Positions 1 through 12,949 of a stretch of DNA of 64,000 bases are shown here, piece by piece (position 1 is the stretch's first letter; the number at the start of each line of letters is the position of its first letter). This DNA is from Acidobacteriota bacterium (lineage in GTDB: Bacteria; Acidobacteriota; Vicinamibacteria; Vicinamibacterales; UBA2999). The notes below the pieces were generated by a model. That model was not told the DNA's origin and ran no database searches. It saw nothing but the letters and a program-made list of their open reading frames with translations. Made by a program: the position numbers and the translations under genes. The stretch is taken from contig JBKPAJ010000023.1 in NCBI GenBank assembly GCA_046726375.1, forward strand, positions 258 to 64,257, written 5' to 3'.

Positions 1-804
1 GTCGAAAATCGCATGCGCGATCGTGCGATCTTTGACGATGCGGCCGTTGACGAACACGTTTTGCGACCCGCGCGTCGGCCCTGTTTCGGCGAGCGCCGCG
101 ACGAAGCCGAAAATGCGGAGTCCACCCATCTCGCGCCGCACTTCGATGAGGTCCTGCCGATCGCCGTAGATTTGATAGAGCCGATCGCCCAAGCTCGAGA
201 CCGGCGGCCACTGCAGCGACTTTCGACCCGCGCTCGTCAGCGTGAAGCCAACCGCCGGGTAGCACAGCGCGAGTTGTGTGACCACCTTCGAGATCTGCGC
301 GGCTTCGGCGGCATCGGACTTGAGGAACTTGCGGCGGGCCGGCAAGTTGTAGAACAGGTCGGCCACTTCCGCGAGGGTGCCCTCAGGGCCGCCGGCTTCC
401 ACAACCGACTCGATCGCCCCGGCATTGATCCGAATCTCCGTGGCGCTGGTCGCCCCGGTCGGACGGGTGCGCAGGCGAAGGTGTGACACCGACGCAATGC
501 TCGGCAGCGCTTCGCCGCGAAAGCCAAGCGTCATGATGGCTGCCAGATCGTCGGCGCGGCGAATCTTGCTCGTCGCGTGCCGCTCGACCGACAGCCGTGC
601 ATCCTCCGGATCCATCCCGTGGCCATCGTCTTCGACGCGAACGAGCTTCTTGCCGCCGAATTCCGCGGTAACGGCCACGCGCGTCGCGCCGGCATCGATC
701 GCGTTTTCGACGAGTTCCTTGACGACGGAGGCGGGCCGTTCGATGACTTCGCCCGCGGCTATCTGATTGGCGAGGTCCTCGGGAAGCCGGGTGATGCGAC
801 CCAT
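1..804 (-). CDS. mutL: DNA mismatch repair protein MutL, N-terminal part (runs off window start)
   Basis: Minus-strand read from ATG at 804: MGRITRLPEDLANQIAAGEVIERPASVVKELVENAIDAGA, then the GFRGEAL GHKL motif. Absent from the ORF track because no stop lies inside the window. Confidence 0.95.
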   Translation of the reverse strand, partial: MGRITRLPEDLANQIAAGEVIERPASVVKELVENAIDAGATRVAVTAEFGGKKLVRVEDDGHGMDPEDARLSVERHATSKIRRADDLAAIMTLGFRGEALPSIASVSHLRLRTRPTGATSATEIRINAGAIESVVEAGGPEGTLAEVADLFYNLPARRKFLKSDAAEAAQISKVVTQLALCYPAVGFTLTSAGRKSLQWPPVSSLGDRLYQIYGDRQDLIEVRREMGGLRIFGFVAALAETGPTRGSQNVFVNGRIVKDRTIAHAIFD

Positions 805-814
805 CGACGGAAGA

Positions 815-1776
815 TTACAGCCACTCCTGGTGTTTGAAGACGACGTAGACGCCAATCGTGATGGCGCCCATGATGCCCGAGATCCACCAGAACTGCGCGT
901 TCTCGCCGCCGGGAAACTGCGGCAGCCGCACGTTCATGCCGAACATGCCGGTGATGACCGTTAACGGACCGAAGATCACGGCCAGCGCGGCGAGCACTTT
1001 CGAGACCACCGCGAGGCGGTTCGAGACACTCGCCAGATGCGCGTCGAGAATGCCGGTCACGCGATCCTGAAAAATCATGCTCTCGTCGGCCAGCCTCAGG
1101 AGGTGGTCGTAGACGTCGCGAAAGCGAAACGCCATCTCCTGATCGATGATCTCGAACTCGCGGCGCGCGAGCCGTCCAACGATGTCTCGTTGTGGAATGA
1201 CGACGCGGCGCATCGACGAGATGTCGCGCTTGACGCCCAGAATCTCTCCCGTGAGCGTCGCGTGATCGTTCTCGAGCACCTGCCTCTCGATATCGTCAAG
1301 CCGATCTTCCAGCTCGTCCACCTCCGGCCGATAATGCTCGACCATGTTGTGGACGATGCGCTGCATCAGCGCGATCGGACCTTCGGCGAGGATGGCGTCG
1401 TTTTTTCCGCACATTTCGGTGACCTCGGCCACGCTGCGCCGCTTGCCGTCGTGCACCGTCACGAGAAACGCTTTGGAAAGAAAGAAATCGACGTCCTGTG
1501 TCACAAACGAGTGACGCTCCGGCTGAAAGTCGATGCCATGCAGGACCACGTAGAGGAAATTCGGATAGGCCTCGATCTTGGGGAACTGGAGTTCCTGCGA
1601 CGCGTCTTCGACAGCAAGTGGATGGATTTTGAACACGTCACGAAGCACTCGCCCGTCTTCCGCATCCGGGGACGTCACGTCAGTCCAGACCACCACGCCG
1701 CTGCGGGGCACTAGCCACGCGGGGTCGATCTGGTCGACCTTCGTGGTCTGGCCGCCGCGGTGGACATAGTAACTAA

Positions 1777-1780
<4 letters not shown>
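815..1780 (-). CDS. corA: Magnesium/cobalt transporter, CorA family
   Basis: 321 aa; HPLAVED motif and GMFGMN signature with two C-terminal TM helices. Confidence 0.93.
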
Positions 1781-4569
<2,789 letters not shown>

Positions 4570-4585
4570 TCACCACGCCTCGCCT

Positions 4586-4610
4586 GGCCGGTCGGAAGAC
4601 CGGCCGCCAC
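4586..4610 (-). repeat. REP-like palindrome with GTGG foot
   Basis: ggccggtc-ggaa-gaccggcc followed by gccac. Confidence 0.6.
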
Positions 4611-4616
4611 AGGAGC

Positions 4617-6818
4617 CTATGATTCCGGAACGATCTCTGAAATATCCGCCAACTGGAGAATCAATCCCTCGAGCCGCTTCATGAGCGCGAGCCGCGCCTC
4701 ACGCAGCTTGGTGTCCTCCGCCATGACCAGCACGTCATCGAAAAACTTCGCCACGGTCGGACCAAACCGCGACGCTTCAGCAAACGCCTCACGGTAGCCC
4801 TGACCCGACGCCACCGAGGCGTCGATGATCGGCTTGCGCTGCTCGATCTCCTGAACGAGCGCGCGCTCCGCGGGCTCGTTCAACAAACCGTCGCTCGACG
4901 ACGCGGCATCGCCGCTGAAGTTCTTCGCGATGTTGCGCACCCGCTTGAACAGAAGCGCAAGCTGCTTGAACTCCGGCGACTCCGTGAATTCAGGCAGCAC
5001 GCTCAGCTTCCGACGTGCCTGCAGCGGCCGCAGCGCGCGCGGGTCGCCTGATGTCACCGCGCGCACGTTGCGCACATCGAAGCCGCGTTGTTCGAGCACG
5101 TAGCGAACCCGATCGACGAGGAAGTCGTAAACGGCTGGCTCCGAATCGGTTGCCGCGCCTGACTGTGCGAGTGCGAGGCCGACCAGGTCCCCGAGCGAAA
5201 TGGCGCGATCGATCCCGGTCAGTTCGGGCAAATCGACGAGGAGGCGCACGAGTCCCTGCGCCGCTCGTCGCAAGCCAAACGGATCGCGCGAACCCGTGGG
5301 ACGCTCGCCCGCGGCGAACATCCCCACGACCGTATCGAGCTTGTCCGCGAGCGACACGGCCGCCCACGATGTCGTCGCCGAGCCGAGTTGACCCCTCGAT
5401 GGCGGCGCGTCAGCCTCCACGCCGACGGGCAGGTAATGGTAATAGATCGCCCTCCAGACCGCGTCTGGGCGCCCGTCCTCGCGCGCATAGATCCCGCCCA
5501 TCGTGCCCTGCAGCTCGGTCATCTCCCGCACCATGTCGGTCGCGAGATCCGCTTTGCTCAAGCGTCCGGCCGTTTCGGCATGAAGTGCCGTGGCTTCGTC
5601 GGCGCCAAGCACGTCGGCGGCGGTCGTGCGCGCGAGTGCTGCCACGCGCTCCGCTTTCGCCGCGTACGTGCCCAGCTTCTTGTGAAACAGCACCGTGTCG
5701 AGCCGTGCAGCAAAACCCTCGAGCTTGCGCTCGCGATCGGAGTCCCAGAAGAAGCGCGCGTCACGCAGGCGCGCCGTCAGTACGCGTTCGAGATTTCGCG
5801 CGATCACTTCCGGTTTGTCCGGCTCCATGTTGAGGACGGCCAGGAACGTCGGCTGGAGCTTTGCCTGGTCGTTGACGACGGGAAAGAAGTGCTGATGGTG
5901 AATCATCGTAGTGGTCAGCACTTCGTCGGGCAGCGAGAGAAACTCGTCGGCGAACGTCCCCGAGATCACCGTGGGGTACTCGACCAGATCGGGAACTTCC
6001 TGCAGGAGCGTCTGACCAACCAGTTGGCGCGCGACGCGGCCGCCGCGGCGCCGCGCCTCGATGTCGAGCTCCCGCGTGATGCGGTCGGCGCGCTGGCTCC
6101 GTTCGAGCACGACAAAGTTCTCTGCCAGCCGTTTGCGGTAGTCGTCGAAGCCCTTGACCTTGATCGCGCGGCCGGCGCGGCCGCTGGTCGTGAGAAAACG
6201 GTGACCAAAGGTGACGGCGCCCGAGCGGACCTCCTGCACGAGCGGTCCCTGAGCGACTGCTGTCCGATACAGCGAGAACGGAACCACCCGGCCGCCGTAC
6301 AGAAACAGAATCCAGCGAATCGGACGGCCGAATGGCAGCTCAGTGACACCGTCTTCGAGCGTGGCATCCCAGCGCATCGCTTTGGGGAAGGGCAGCTCGC
6401 GCAAGAGCCCGCTGAGAATGTCGGGCAGCACATCCACGGCCGCTTTGCCGCGCAACTGTTTCTTGAAGGCGAGGTAAGTGCCCTTCGGCGTTTCTTTCCG
6501 TTCCAGAGCTGATACGTCCACGCCTTGCTTCTTCGCAAAGCCTTCGGCGGCCGCTGTCGGCGCCCCGTCCGGCCTGAACGCCGCTGACACAGGCGGTCCC
6601 AGCAAAACTTCATCGGAATCCATTTGTCGTTCGGCGAGTTTCGCGATCCGCGCCGTAAGACGACGCGGCGTGCTGAACGCCTCGACTGGCGCCGATGGCG
6701 TGAGGCGAAGATCCTTGAGACGAGCCTCGAGACGCGCGCCCATCTGTGTGGTGAGGTTGGGCAGCCAGCTGGCGGGAATCTCTTCGACGCCGATTTCGAT
6801 TAAAAGTTCGCGATCCAT
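4617..6818 (-). CDS. glyS: Glycine--tRNA ligase beta subunit
   Basis: ELLIEIGVEEIP, TPRRL, MRW, ELQGTMG, PTGSRDPFGLRR. Confidence 0.96.
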   Translation of the reverse strand: MDRELLIEIGVEEIPASWLPNLTTQMGARLEARLKDLRLTPSAPVEAFSTPRRLTARIAKLAERQMDSDEVLLGPPVSAAFRPDGAPTAAAEGFAKKQGVDVSALERKETPKGTYLAFKKQLRGKAAVDVLPDILSGLLRELPFPKAMRWDATLEDGVTELPFGRPIRWILFLYGGRVVPFSLYRTAVAQGPLVQEVRSGAVTFGHRFLTTSGRAGRAIKVKGFDDYRKRLAENFVVLERSQRADRITRELDIEARRRGGRVARQLVGQTLLQEVPDLVEYPTVISGTFADEFLSLPDEVLTTTMIHHQHFFPVVNDQAKLQPTFLAVLNMEPDKPEVIARNLERVLTARLRDARFFWDSDRERKLEGFAARLDTVLFHKKLGTYAAKAERVAALARTTAADVLGADEATALHAETAGRLSKADLATDMVREMTELQGTMGGIYAREDGRPDAVWRAIYYHYLPVGVEADAPPSRGQLGSATTSWAAVSLADKLDTVVGMFAAGERPTGSRDPFGLRRAAQGLVRLLVDLPELTGIDRAISLGDLVGLALAQSGAATDSEPAVYDFLVDRVRYVLEQRGFDVRNVRAVTSGDPRALRPLQARRKLSVLPEFTESPEFKQLALLFKRVRNIAKNFSGDAASSSDGLLNEPAERALVQEIEQRKPIIDASVASGQGYREAFAEASRFGPTVAKFFDDVLVMAEDTKLREARLALMKRLEGLILQLADISEIVPES

Positions 6819-6865
6819 GTTTCAAAAACGCGCGTACGTCGCGCCGGCCGTCGGCGCGTGGTTTT

Positions 6866-6889
6866 CGCGGACCTCAAGGTCCGCGCTAC
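6866..6889 (-). repeat. GTAG-foot REP-like palindrome
   Basis: cgcggacc-tcaa-ggtccgcg-ctac; a degenerate opposite copy lies near 6905-6927. Confidence 0.7.
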
Positions 6890-6932
6890 ATGTTTCCTCC
6901 TGCACGGCCACGGACCTTCAGGCCCGTTCAGG

Positions 6933-7838
6933 TCAGACCGTCGCTTCTTCAGCGCGTTGCGCCGCTGCGGCCGCTTCCTCCTCCTCGGCCGCATATTGCT
7001 TACAGATCGCCACCGCCAATTGCCGCACCCGCAGGATGTACGCCGTCCGCTCGGTCACACCAACGCTGCCGCTCGAGTCGAGCACGTTGAACAAATGCGA
7101 GCACCTGAGGCAATGCTCCAGCGCCGGCAACAACAACCCTGCTTTGAACAGCCGCTCCCCAAACTCATAGTTCTTGTCGAACTGGTCGCGGTGAAACGCG
7201 GCGAACGTCGCCTGGTCGATCCCCGTGTCCTGATTGAACGCGTACTTCGACTGCTCCACTTCTTCGCGTAACCGCACCTCGCGGTACTTCACGCCTGGCG
7301 CCCATTCGAGGTCGAAGACGTTGTCCACCTTCTGCAGGAACATGGCGATCCGCTCGAGACCATAAGTGATCTCCGCAGAGACCGGCGCAAGATCGACGCC
7401 GCCGACCTGCTGGAAGTACGTGAACTGCGTGATCTCCTGACCGTCCAGCATCACTTGCCAGCCGATGCCCCAGGCGCCGAGTGTCGGCGATTCCCAGTTG
7501 TCTTCTTCGAACCGAATGTCGTGCTGGCGCGGATTGATGCCGCACGATTCCAGGCTGTCGAGATACAGCTGTTGAACCTCGTCGGGAGCGGGCTTGAGGA
7601 TCACCTGCATCTGCAGGTGCTTGAACAGGCGGTTTGGATTCTGTCCAAACCGGCCATCGTCGGGCCGCCGCGACGGCTGCACATACGCGACGCTCCACGG
7701 CCGCGGCCCGAGCACACGAAACAGCGTTTCTGGATGCGACGTACCGGCGCCAACCTCGAGATCCAGCGGCTGCTGAATCAGACAGCCGCGGGACGCCCAG
7801 AACGCGGAGAGTTTCAGAATGAGATCTTGAAGCGTCAA
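6933..7838 (-). CDS. glyQ: Glycine--tRNA ligase alpha subunit
   Basis: [33 protein letters not shown]. Confidence 0.97.
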   Translation of the reverse strand: MTLQDLILKLSAFWASRGCLIQQPLDLEVGAGTSHPETLFRVLGPRPWSVAYVQPSRRPDDGRFGQNPNRLFKHLQMQVILKPAPDEVQQLYLDSLESCGINPRQHDIRFEEDNWESPTLGAWGIGWQVMLDGQEITQFTYFQQVGGVDLAPVSAEITYGLERIAMFLQKVDNVFDLEWAPGVKYREVRLREEVEQSKYAFNQDTGIDQATFAAFHRDQFDKNYEFGERLFKAGLLLPALEHCLRCSHLFNVLDSSGSVGVTERTAYILRVRQLAVAICKQYAAEEEEAAAAAQRAEEATV

Positions 7839-8515
7839 TGGGATCGCCCGCGTTCGTCCTTCGGAGTATGGTCGAAGGGTCGAAGGGCGTTCATCACGCG
7901 CACCGACCTGAGTTCCTTTTCGAGATGCGACACAATGAGCGCCTGATGTTTACGTTCGAGCTCGCGCAGCACGCGCGGGGTGGCGCCTAACCCGCCGGCA
8001 TCAGCGGGCGACGCCTGCCGCGTCGCGTCCACAAAGGCGAGCGCGCCGGGGGACAGCGAGAGGTCGGACGGATACACGCCTTGCAGCCGCAGCAGCCAGC
8101 ACTCGAAATAGCGCGCGAGCGCGTCGGCGGGCGTGCCCGCCGACAGCGCGTCGAGCACGGAGCATCCAAGCCGAAACAGCCGTTCGTCGGCGTCGGCATC
8201 CGCCGCCCACGCGTCGATCAGCTCCGCGAAGTAGTGGGTGTAGCCAAGCGCTTCGGGGGTGGCGGCGCTCAAGGGCGAGCGCACCGGCTCCGCGTAATTG
8301 AGATTGACCAGCTCTCGCCGCTCCTTCTCGAAATACGCGATGCGGACTTCGGTGAGCGGCTCCAGGGCGCCGCGAAACTTCGATCGCGGCCGCCGTGCGC
8401 CCTGCGCGACACCACGCTTCTTGCCGCGATCGCGTGTCAAAAAGACGACGATGCGGTCGGATTCTCCGAGCTTATAGGTCCGGAGGATGAGGGCGTCAGC
8501 GGTGTAAAGCGGCAC
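7835..8515 (-). CDS. recO: DNA repair protein RecO
   Basis: [14 protein letters not shown]...[12 protein letters not shown]-fold start; era-recO-glyQ context. Confidence 0.92.
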   Translation of the reverse strand: MPLYTADALILRTYKLGESDRIVVFLTRDRGKKRGVAQGARRPRSKFRGALEPLTEVRIAYFEKERRELVNLNYAEPVRSPLSAATPEALGYTHYFAELIDAWAADADADERLFRLGCSVLDALSAGTPADALARYFECWLLRLQGVYPSDLSLSPGALAFVDATRQASPADAGGLGATPRVLRELERKHQALIVSHLEKELRSVRVMNALRPFDHTPKDERGRSH

Positions 8516-8557
8516 TTGCAGAGTCCGTGCCTTCGATTTTACCGTGGGCCACGGCCA

Positions 8558-9925
8558 TTAAAGCGGCAGATACTGGAGGAAAACGGTAGCGAAGCCCAGG
8601 AACGAGGCAAACCCTACCACGTCAGTGAAGGTGGTAATGAACACCGATGAGGCGAGCGCCGGGTCGATGCGCATCGCTTTCAACCCCAGCGGCACGAGCG
8701 TGCCGGCGATGGTGGCCACGAGCATGTTGCACAGCATCGCTAGCGCAAGCAGCAGACCGATCATCGGTTGACCTTTCGCGATCCACGCCACGCCTGCCGC
8801 GATCACGCCCAGCGTCAAGCCACTGCCCAATCCGATCGCGATCTCTTTGAGCAACGCTTTTTGCGCATTGCCCCACGACAGCTCGCCGAGAGCAATACCG
8901 CGGACGATGACCGTCAGCGTCTGTGTGGCAGCGTTGCCTCCCATCCCAGCCACAATGGGCATGAACACCGCAAGCGCTGTAACCCGGCTGATCGTGCCTT
9001 CGAAGAGCGCCACGACTGAAGCCGCGACGAAGGCGGTCACGAGGTTGACGCCGAGCCACGGCAACCGCTTGCGTAACGCCTCGAACGGTGGCGTGGCAAC
9101 GCGCTCGTCTCCCGCCACGCCGGCCAGGCGATAAAGATCCTCAGTGGCCTCGTCCTTGATAACGTCGATGACGTCGTCAACGGTGATGATTCCTTCGAGC
9201 TTGTTCTCCTCATCCACGACGGGGACGGCGAGGAGGTTGTAGGACGCCACCTGGCGCGCGACCTCTTCCTGGTCGGTATCGACGCGGACGCTGATCACTT
9301 CCGGCGTCATGATCCGCTTGAGCGGCGTTTCAGGTGAGACAAGCAGCAGCCGGCGAAGCGACGTTACGCCCACCAGATGCCGGCGCGAGTCCACGACGTA
9401 GAGGTAAAACACCATTTCCACGTCGCGGGAGCTCTGGAGCGCGCTAATGGCCTCGCCGACCGTTAGGTCTTCGTTGAGCGCGAAGACGCTCGGGTTCATG
9501 ATGCGGCCGGCGGTCTGCTCGCCATACTCGAGGAGGCTCTCGACCTGCTGCGATTGGCGCCGCCGCATCAGTTCCAGCACCTCGTGCGAGAGCTCTTCCG
9601 GCAGGTAATCGATCAATGCCGCGGCATCGTCAGAAGGGATTTCCTGCAGGAGCTTGGCGATTTCCTCGGCCGATCGGCCGGTGAGCAGAAGCGCGCCTTG
9701 CTCGGGCCCCATTTCGCTGACGGTTTCCATCGCGAGCCGCGGGTTGCGCTCCACGAGCAGGCTGAACACCGCCTGGCGCTCGTTGTCGTGCAGCGAGCCG
9801 AAGATCTGCGCGAGATCGGCGGGGTGCTGTTTCTGGAGCAGATTCAGGAGGTTCGCGGTCGCACCAATGCGCAGTAGCCGCTTGACCGAGTCGAGAACGA
9901 GATCAATTCTGCGCGGTGCTGCCAT
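8558..9925 (-). CDS. mgtE: Magnesium transporter MgtE
   Basis: TAGRIM, CBS pair, GMGGNAATQT, IDPALAS..FITTFTD. Confidence 0.96.
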   Translation of the reverse strand: MAAPRRIDLVLDSVKRLLRIGATANLLNLLQKQHPADLAQIFGSLHDNERQAVFSLLVERNPRLAMETVSEMGPEQGALLLTGRSAEEIAKLLQEIPSDDAAALIDYLPEELSHEVLELMRRRQSQQVESLLEYGEQTAGRIMNPSVFALNEDLTVGEAISALQSSRDVEMVFYLYVVDSRRHLVGVTSLRRLLLVSPETPLKRIMTPEVISVRVDTDQEEVARQVASYNLLAVPVVDEENKLEGIITVDDVIDVIKDEATEDLYRLAGVAGDERVATPPFEALRKRLPWLGVNLVTAFVAASVVALFEGTISRVTALAVFMPIVAGMGGNAATQTLTVIVRGIALGELSWGNAQKALLKEIAIGLGSGLTLGVIAAGVAWIAKGQPMIGLLLALAMLCNMLVATIAGTLVPLGLKAMRIDPALASSVFITTFTDVVGFASFLGFATVFLQYLPL

Positions 9926-10075
9926 TCACACGCCCTTGTGGACCAGTACAACTTCGCAAATGTAGCACGAGAAGTTCGCAGGTGGGCAGGTGTGCAGCTT
10001 CGCAGGAGGTCCGAACGCTCGCGAGTTTCATAAGATTGCAGGCGAGGGTGCCCGGCGCGGCAGAACCGCTGGGCG

Positions 10076-10105
10076 AAGTCGCGCCGGTCTTCAGTCCGGC
10101 GCGCG
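10076..10105 (+). repeat. REP-like hairpin downstream of era
   Basis: cgcgccgg-tcttcagt-ccggcgcg, with the TTCA loop seen in the other REPs. Confidence 0.55.
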
Positions 10106-10107
10106 TG

Positions 10108-11010
10108 TTACCGATGCCGCCTTTTACGTGGAAGGCCGAGTTCGTCGAGGGCGCGTTCGTCTTCGCGCCAGTCGGCCCGCACTTTGACGCGGAGATCGAG
10201 AAAGACCCTGGCGTCGAAGAAGCGTTCGAGCTCCTGCCGTGCGGCGGTGCCAATGGCCTTGATCATCGCCCCGCCCTTGCCGACGATGATCGGCTTCTGC
10301 GATTCGCGTTCCACGAGAATCGTGCAATACAACCGGAGAAGGCCGCCGGGTGTTTCCGGCTCTTCAAAGCGATCGACGATCACGGCCGACGCAAATGGAA
10401 GCTCGGCGCGTGCGTGCTGCAGAACCTGTTCGCGCACGATCTCTGCCAGGAAAAACCGTTCGGGCTGATCGGTCAGAAAATCTTCGGCGTAGAGCGCCTC
10501 GCCTTCCGGCAGGTGCGATCGCAGCACGTCTTCGAGTCGATCGACGTTGTCGCCGTTGAGAGCCGACACGGGCACGATGTCCGCGAACCCAACGTCCCGG
10601 TCGTAGCGCTCGATCAGCGGGAGCAGCGCCTCCTTTTGCAGCCTGTCGACCTTGTTCAACGCCAGCACACGCGGCGCTGTGACCCTGCGGACCACATCCA
10701 TGAGGAACCGATCGCCCCCGCCGGGCGGCTCGGTCGCATCCACGACGACCGTCACGACATCGACTTCGCGGAGCGTGTCCAGCGCCGCATCGAGCATGCG
10801 GACGTTCAGACGATGTAGCGGCCGGTGAACACCAGGCGTGTCGACGAAAACAACCTGCGCATCGTCGTAGTTGCGAACGCCGATGATGCGATTGCGCGTG
10901 GTTTGCGGCTTATCCGAAACGATGGCGAGCTTCTGACCGACGAGCCGATTGAGCAGGGTTGACTTGCCCGCGTTCGGACGTCCAACCAGCGCCACGAACC
11001 CGCTTTTCAC
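10108..11010 (-). CDS. era: GTPase Era
   Basis: GRPNAGKSTL, KPQTTR, DTPG, NKVD, C-terminal KH domain. Confidence 0.97.
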   Translation of the reverse strand: MKSGFVALVGRPNAGKSTLLNRLVGQKLAIVSDKPQTTRNRIIGVRNYDDAQVVFVDTPGVHRPLHRLNVRMLDAALDTLREVDVVTVVVDATEPPGGGDRFLMDVVRRVTAPRVLALNKVDRLQKEALLPLIERYDRDVGFADIVPVSALNGDNVDRLEDVLRSHLPEGEALYAEDFLTDQPERFFLAEIVREQVLQHARAELPFASAVIVDRFEEPETPGGLLRLYCTILVERESQKPIIVGKGGAMIKAIGTAARQELERFFDARVFLDLRVKVRADWREDERALDELGLPRKRRHR

Positions 11011-12305
11011 TCCGGCTCCGCGCTCGCGACCGGCTCCGGCTCGAGCCTCCGCACACGAACGCGAGTAATGCGACGGCGCTCCGCTTCCAGGACCTCCACC
11101 GATAGCCCCTCGATGTCGAACGTTTCGCCAACCGCGGGAACCCGACCGACGTGCGCCAGCAGGTAGCCGCCCACGGTCTCGTAGCCTTCGCCCTCCTCGA
11201 TGTTCACCTTGAGACGCTCGGCGAGCTCGCGCACGTGTGTCCGTCCGCTGAATACAAAGCTACCGTCCTCGTTCTCGAGCACCGGCTCGGCTTCGACGTC
11301 GTACTCGTCGCGAATCTCGCCGACGATCTCCTCCAGGAGATCCTCGAGGGTGACCAGCCCCGCCGTGCCGCCATATTCATCCACCACGATCGCCGCCTGG
11401 ACGCGCTTGCGCTGGAACTCTTTGAGCAGCTCCGGCACGCGCTTGGTTTCCGGGACGAAGTATGCCGAGCGCACCAGCGGAGCAATCGGCTGATTGGCTT
11501 CCGCCTCTCTGAGCAGAATGAGGTCTTTGATGGAAATGAATCCGACAATGTTGTCGAGCGTTTCGCGATAGACCGGCATGCGCGAATACTGCTGCTCGCG
11601 CGCGAGCGCTTGCAGCTCGCCGAGCGTCGCATCAGCATCGATCGCCACGATGTCAGGGCGCGGCGTCATTACTTCGCGCACCATCGTCTCGCGGAACTCG
11701 ACGAGCGACCGCAGCAGCTCGCGCGCCTGGCCCTCCTGTAAGTGCCCGTCGTCCTGCGGCGCCGGCTCGGGTTCCCCAGTCGCAGGCGCCTCGGGCTCCG
11801 GCGTGCCGGGCGAAACCGCTGGTTGACGCGTGCCCGACGCCGGTGCGCGCACAGAAGACGTCACGCGATCGCGCCGGGCGACCCCAAGGTGCACGAGCGC
11901 CATCGTCAGTGGCTTCAGAAGACGAGCCAGCACCTCAAACGACGGGAGAAGCAGCTCCAGAACTCGCTCGGGATGCTTCCGGATGAGGGCGAGCGGCACG
12001 ATGTGCTCGCACACAAGGACAAACGCCACCATCGACGCGACGAGCAGCGGCAGGCCGCGCGCCGCGTCCACGCCGGTCACGCGCGCAAGCAACGCCGCCG
12101 CCGTCACGACGAGCAGCGCGAGAAGCACGCGCGCGGGAATAAACAGTCGTAATGGATCTTCCAGATAACGTCTGAGTGCGTCCTCGCGTCCCCCGCGTTC
12201 GGCCATCAGGCGGAGCGAGAGCCGCATCAGCGCGCTGAACCCGCTGATAACTGTGCTGACGTAGGCGACCAACAGTGCGATGAGAAAGATGAGGAGCGGC
12301 GTCAT
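11007..12305 (-). CDS. Hemolysin/CorC (HlyC/TlyC) family CBS-domain protein
   Basis: N-terminal TM region, VREVMTPR, YSRMPVY, VVDEYGGTAGLVTLEDLLEEIVGEI, CorC C-terminal domain. Confidence 0.92.
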   Translation of the reverse strand: MTPLLIFLIALLVAYVSTVISGFSALMRLSLRLMAERGGREDALRRYLEDPLRLFIPARVLLALLVVTAAALLARVTGVDAARGLPLLVASMVAFVLVCEHIVPLALIRKHPERVLELLLPSFEVLARLLKPLTMALVHLGVARRDRVTSSVRAPASGTRQPAVSPGTPEPEAPATGEPEPAPQDDGHLQEGQARELLRSLVEFRETMVREVMTPRPDIVAIDADATLGELQALAREQQYSRMPVYRETLDNIVGFISIKDLILLREAEANQPIAPLVRSAYFVPETKRVPELLKEFQRKRVQAAIVVDEYGGTAGLVTLEDLLEEIVGEIRDEYDVEAEPVLENEDGSFVFSGRTHVRELAERLKVNIEEGEGYETVGGYLLAHVGRVPAVGETFDIEGLSVEVLEAERRRITRVRVRRLEPEPVASAEPE

Positions 12306-12937
12306 CGCTTCTGTGTGCGACCTTTAAGGCGGCCTGCCGCGAGCCTCGTCGAAGCGCCCGCCCTTAGCCTTGTCGAAAGGCTTGCCCTGAGCCTTGTCGA
12401 CGGGCCTGCCCTGAGCCTCGTCGAAAGGCTCGCCCCGAGCTTCGTCGAGGGGCTTGTCCTGAGCCCAGTCGAAGGACCGCGTTCGATCAACCCTTCCTTG
12501 AGCCCTGCGGCTTTGCGCAAGCGCGCTTCGACGCGTCGCATCTGGCCCTCGTCACGTTCGTGATCGTAGCCGAGCAAATGCAGCAATCCGTGCAAGGCGA
12601 GCACCCGCAACTCGGTGTCAATCGAATGCCCCGCCTCGTCCGCCTGCCGTTGCGCGACGCCGGTGGCAATGGCGATGTCGCCGAGAAATGTCTCGGTATC
12701 GACAGGAAATGACAGCACGTCGGTCGCGCAGTCCTTGCCGCGAAAGGTGCGGTTCAACGTGCGCATGCGCGCGTCGCTGATGAGCGCGACCGTCACATCG
12801 CCACGCGCGCGCGGCGGCGCGGCTCTGCGCAGCCAGGTCGCGAGCGCGCGGCACGAGATGCGAGTGCTGTCGGGACACGTAACGACGACGTTCAACCGGC
12901 CCGGAGATCCGGAACGGCGTCGCTCGGCGGTAGCCAT
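12302..12937 (-). CDS. ybeY: rRNA maturation endoribonuclease YbeY with a repeat-derived C-terminal tail
   Basis: TDVLSF, LGDIAI, HGLLHLLGYDH zinc motif. Confidence 0.95.
   Translation of the reverse strand: MATAERRRSGSPGRLNVVVTCPDSTRISCRALATWLRRAAPPRARGDVTVALISDARMRTLNRTFRGKDCATDVLSFPVDTETFLGDIAIATGVAQRQADEAGHSIDTELRVLALHGLLHLLGYDHERDEGQMRRVEARLRKAAGLKEGLIERGPSTGLRTSPSTKLGASLSTRLRAGPSTRLRASLSTRLRAGASTRLAAGRLKGRTQKR
12332..12475. repeat. Six tandem 24-bp units (consensus GCyTGCCCTGAGCCTyGTCGAAnG) inside ybeY
   Basis: Six consecutive 24-mers read directly; they encode PSTxLRAx octapeptides. Confidence 0.9.
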
Positions 12938-12949
12938 ATGGATGCGCTG

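Noticed and set aside
5015-6613. Long antisense or alternative-frame ORFs over housekeeping genes (also at about 15 kb, 43-44 kb and 56 kb)
   Set aside because: Expected shadow ORFs of high-GC codon usage with no recognisable motifs.
12332-12475. 24-bp repeats as a CRISPR array
   Set aside because: The units are contiguous with no unique spacers, lie inside a CDS, and no cas genes are present.
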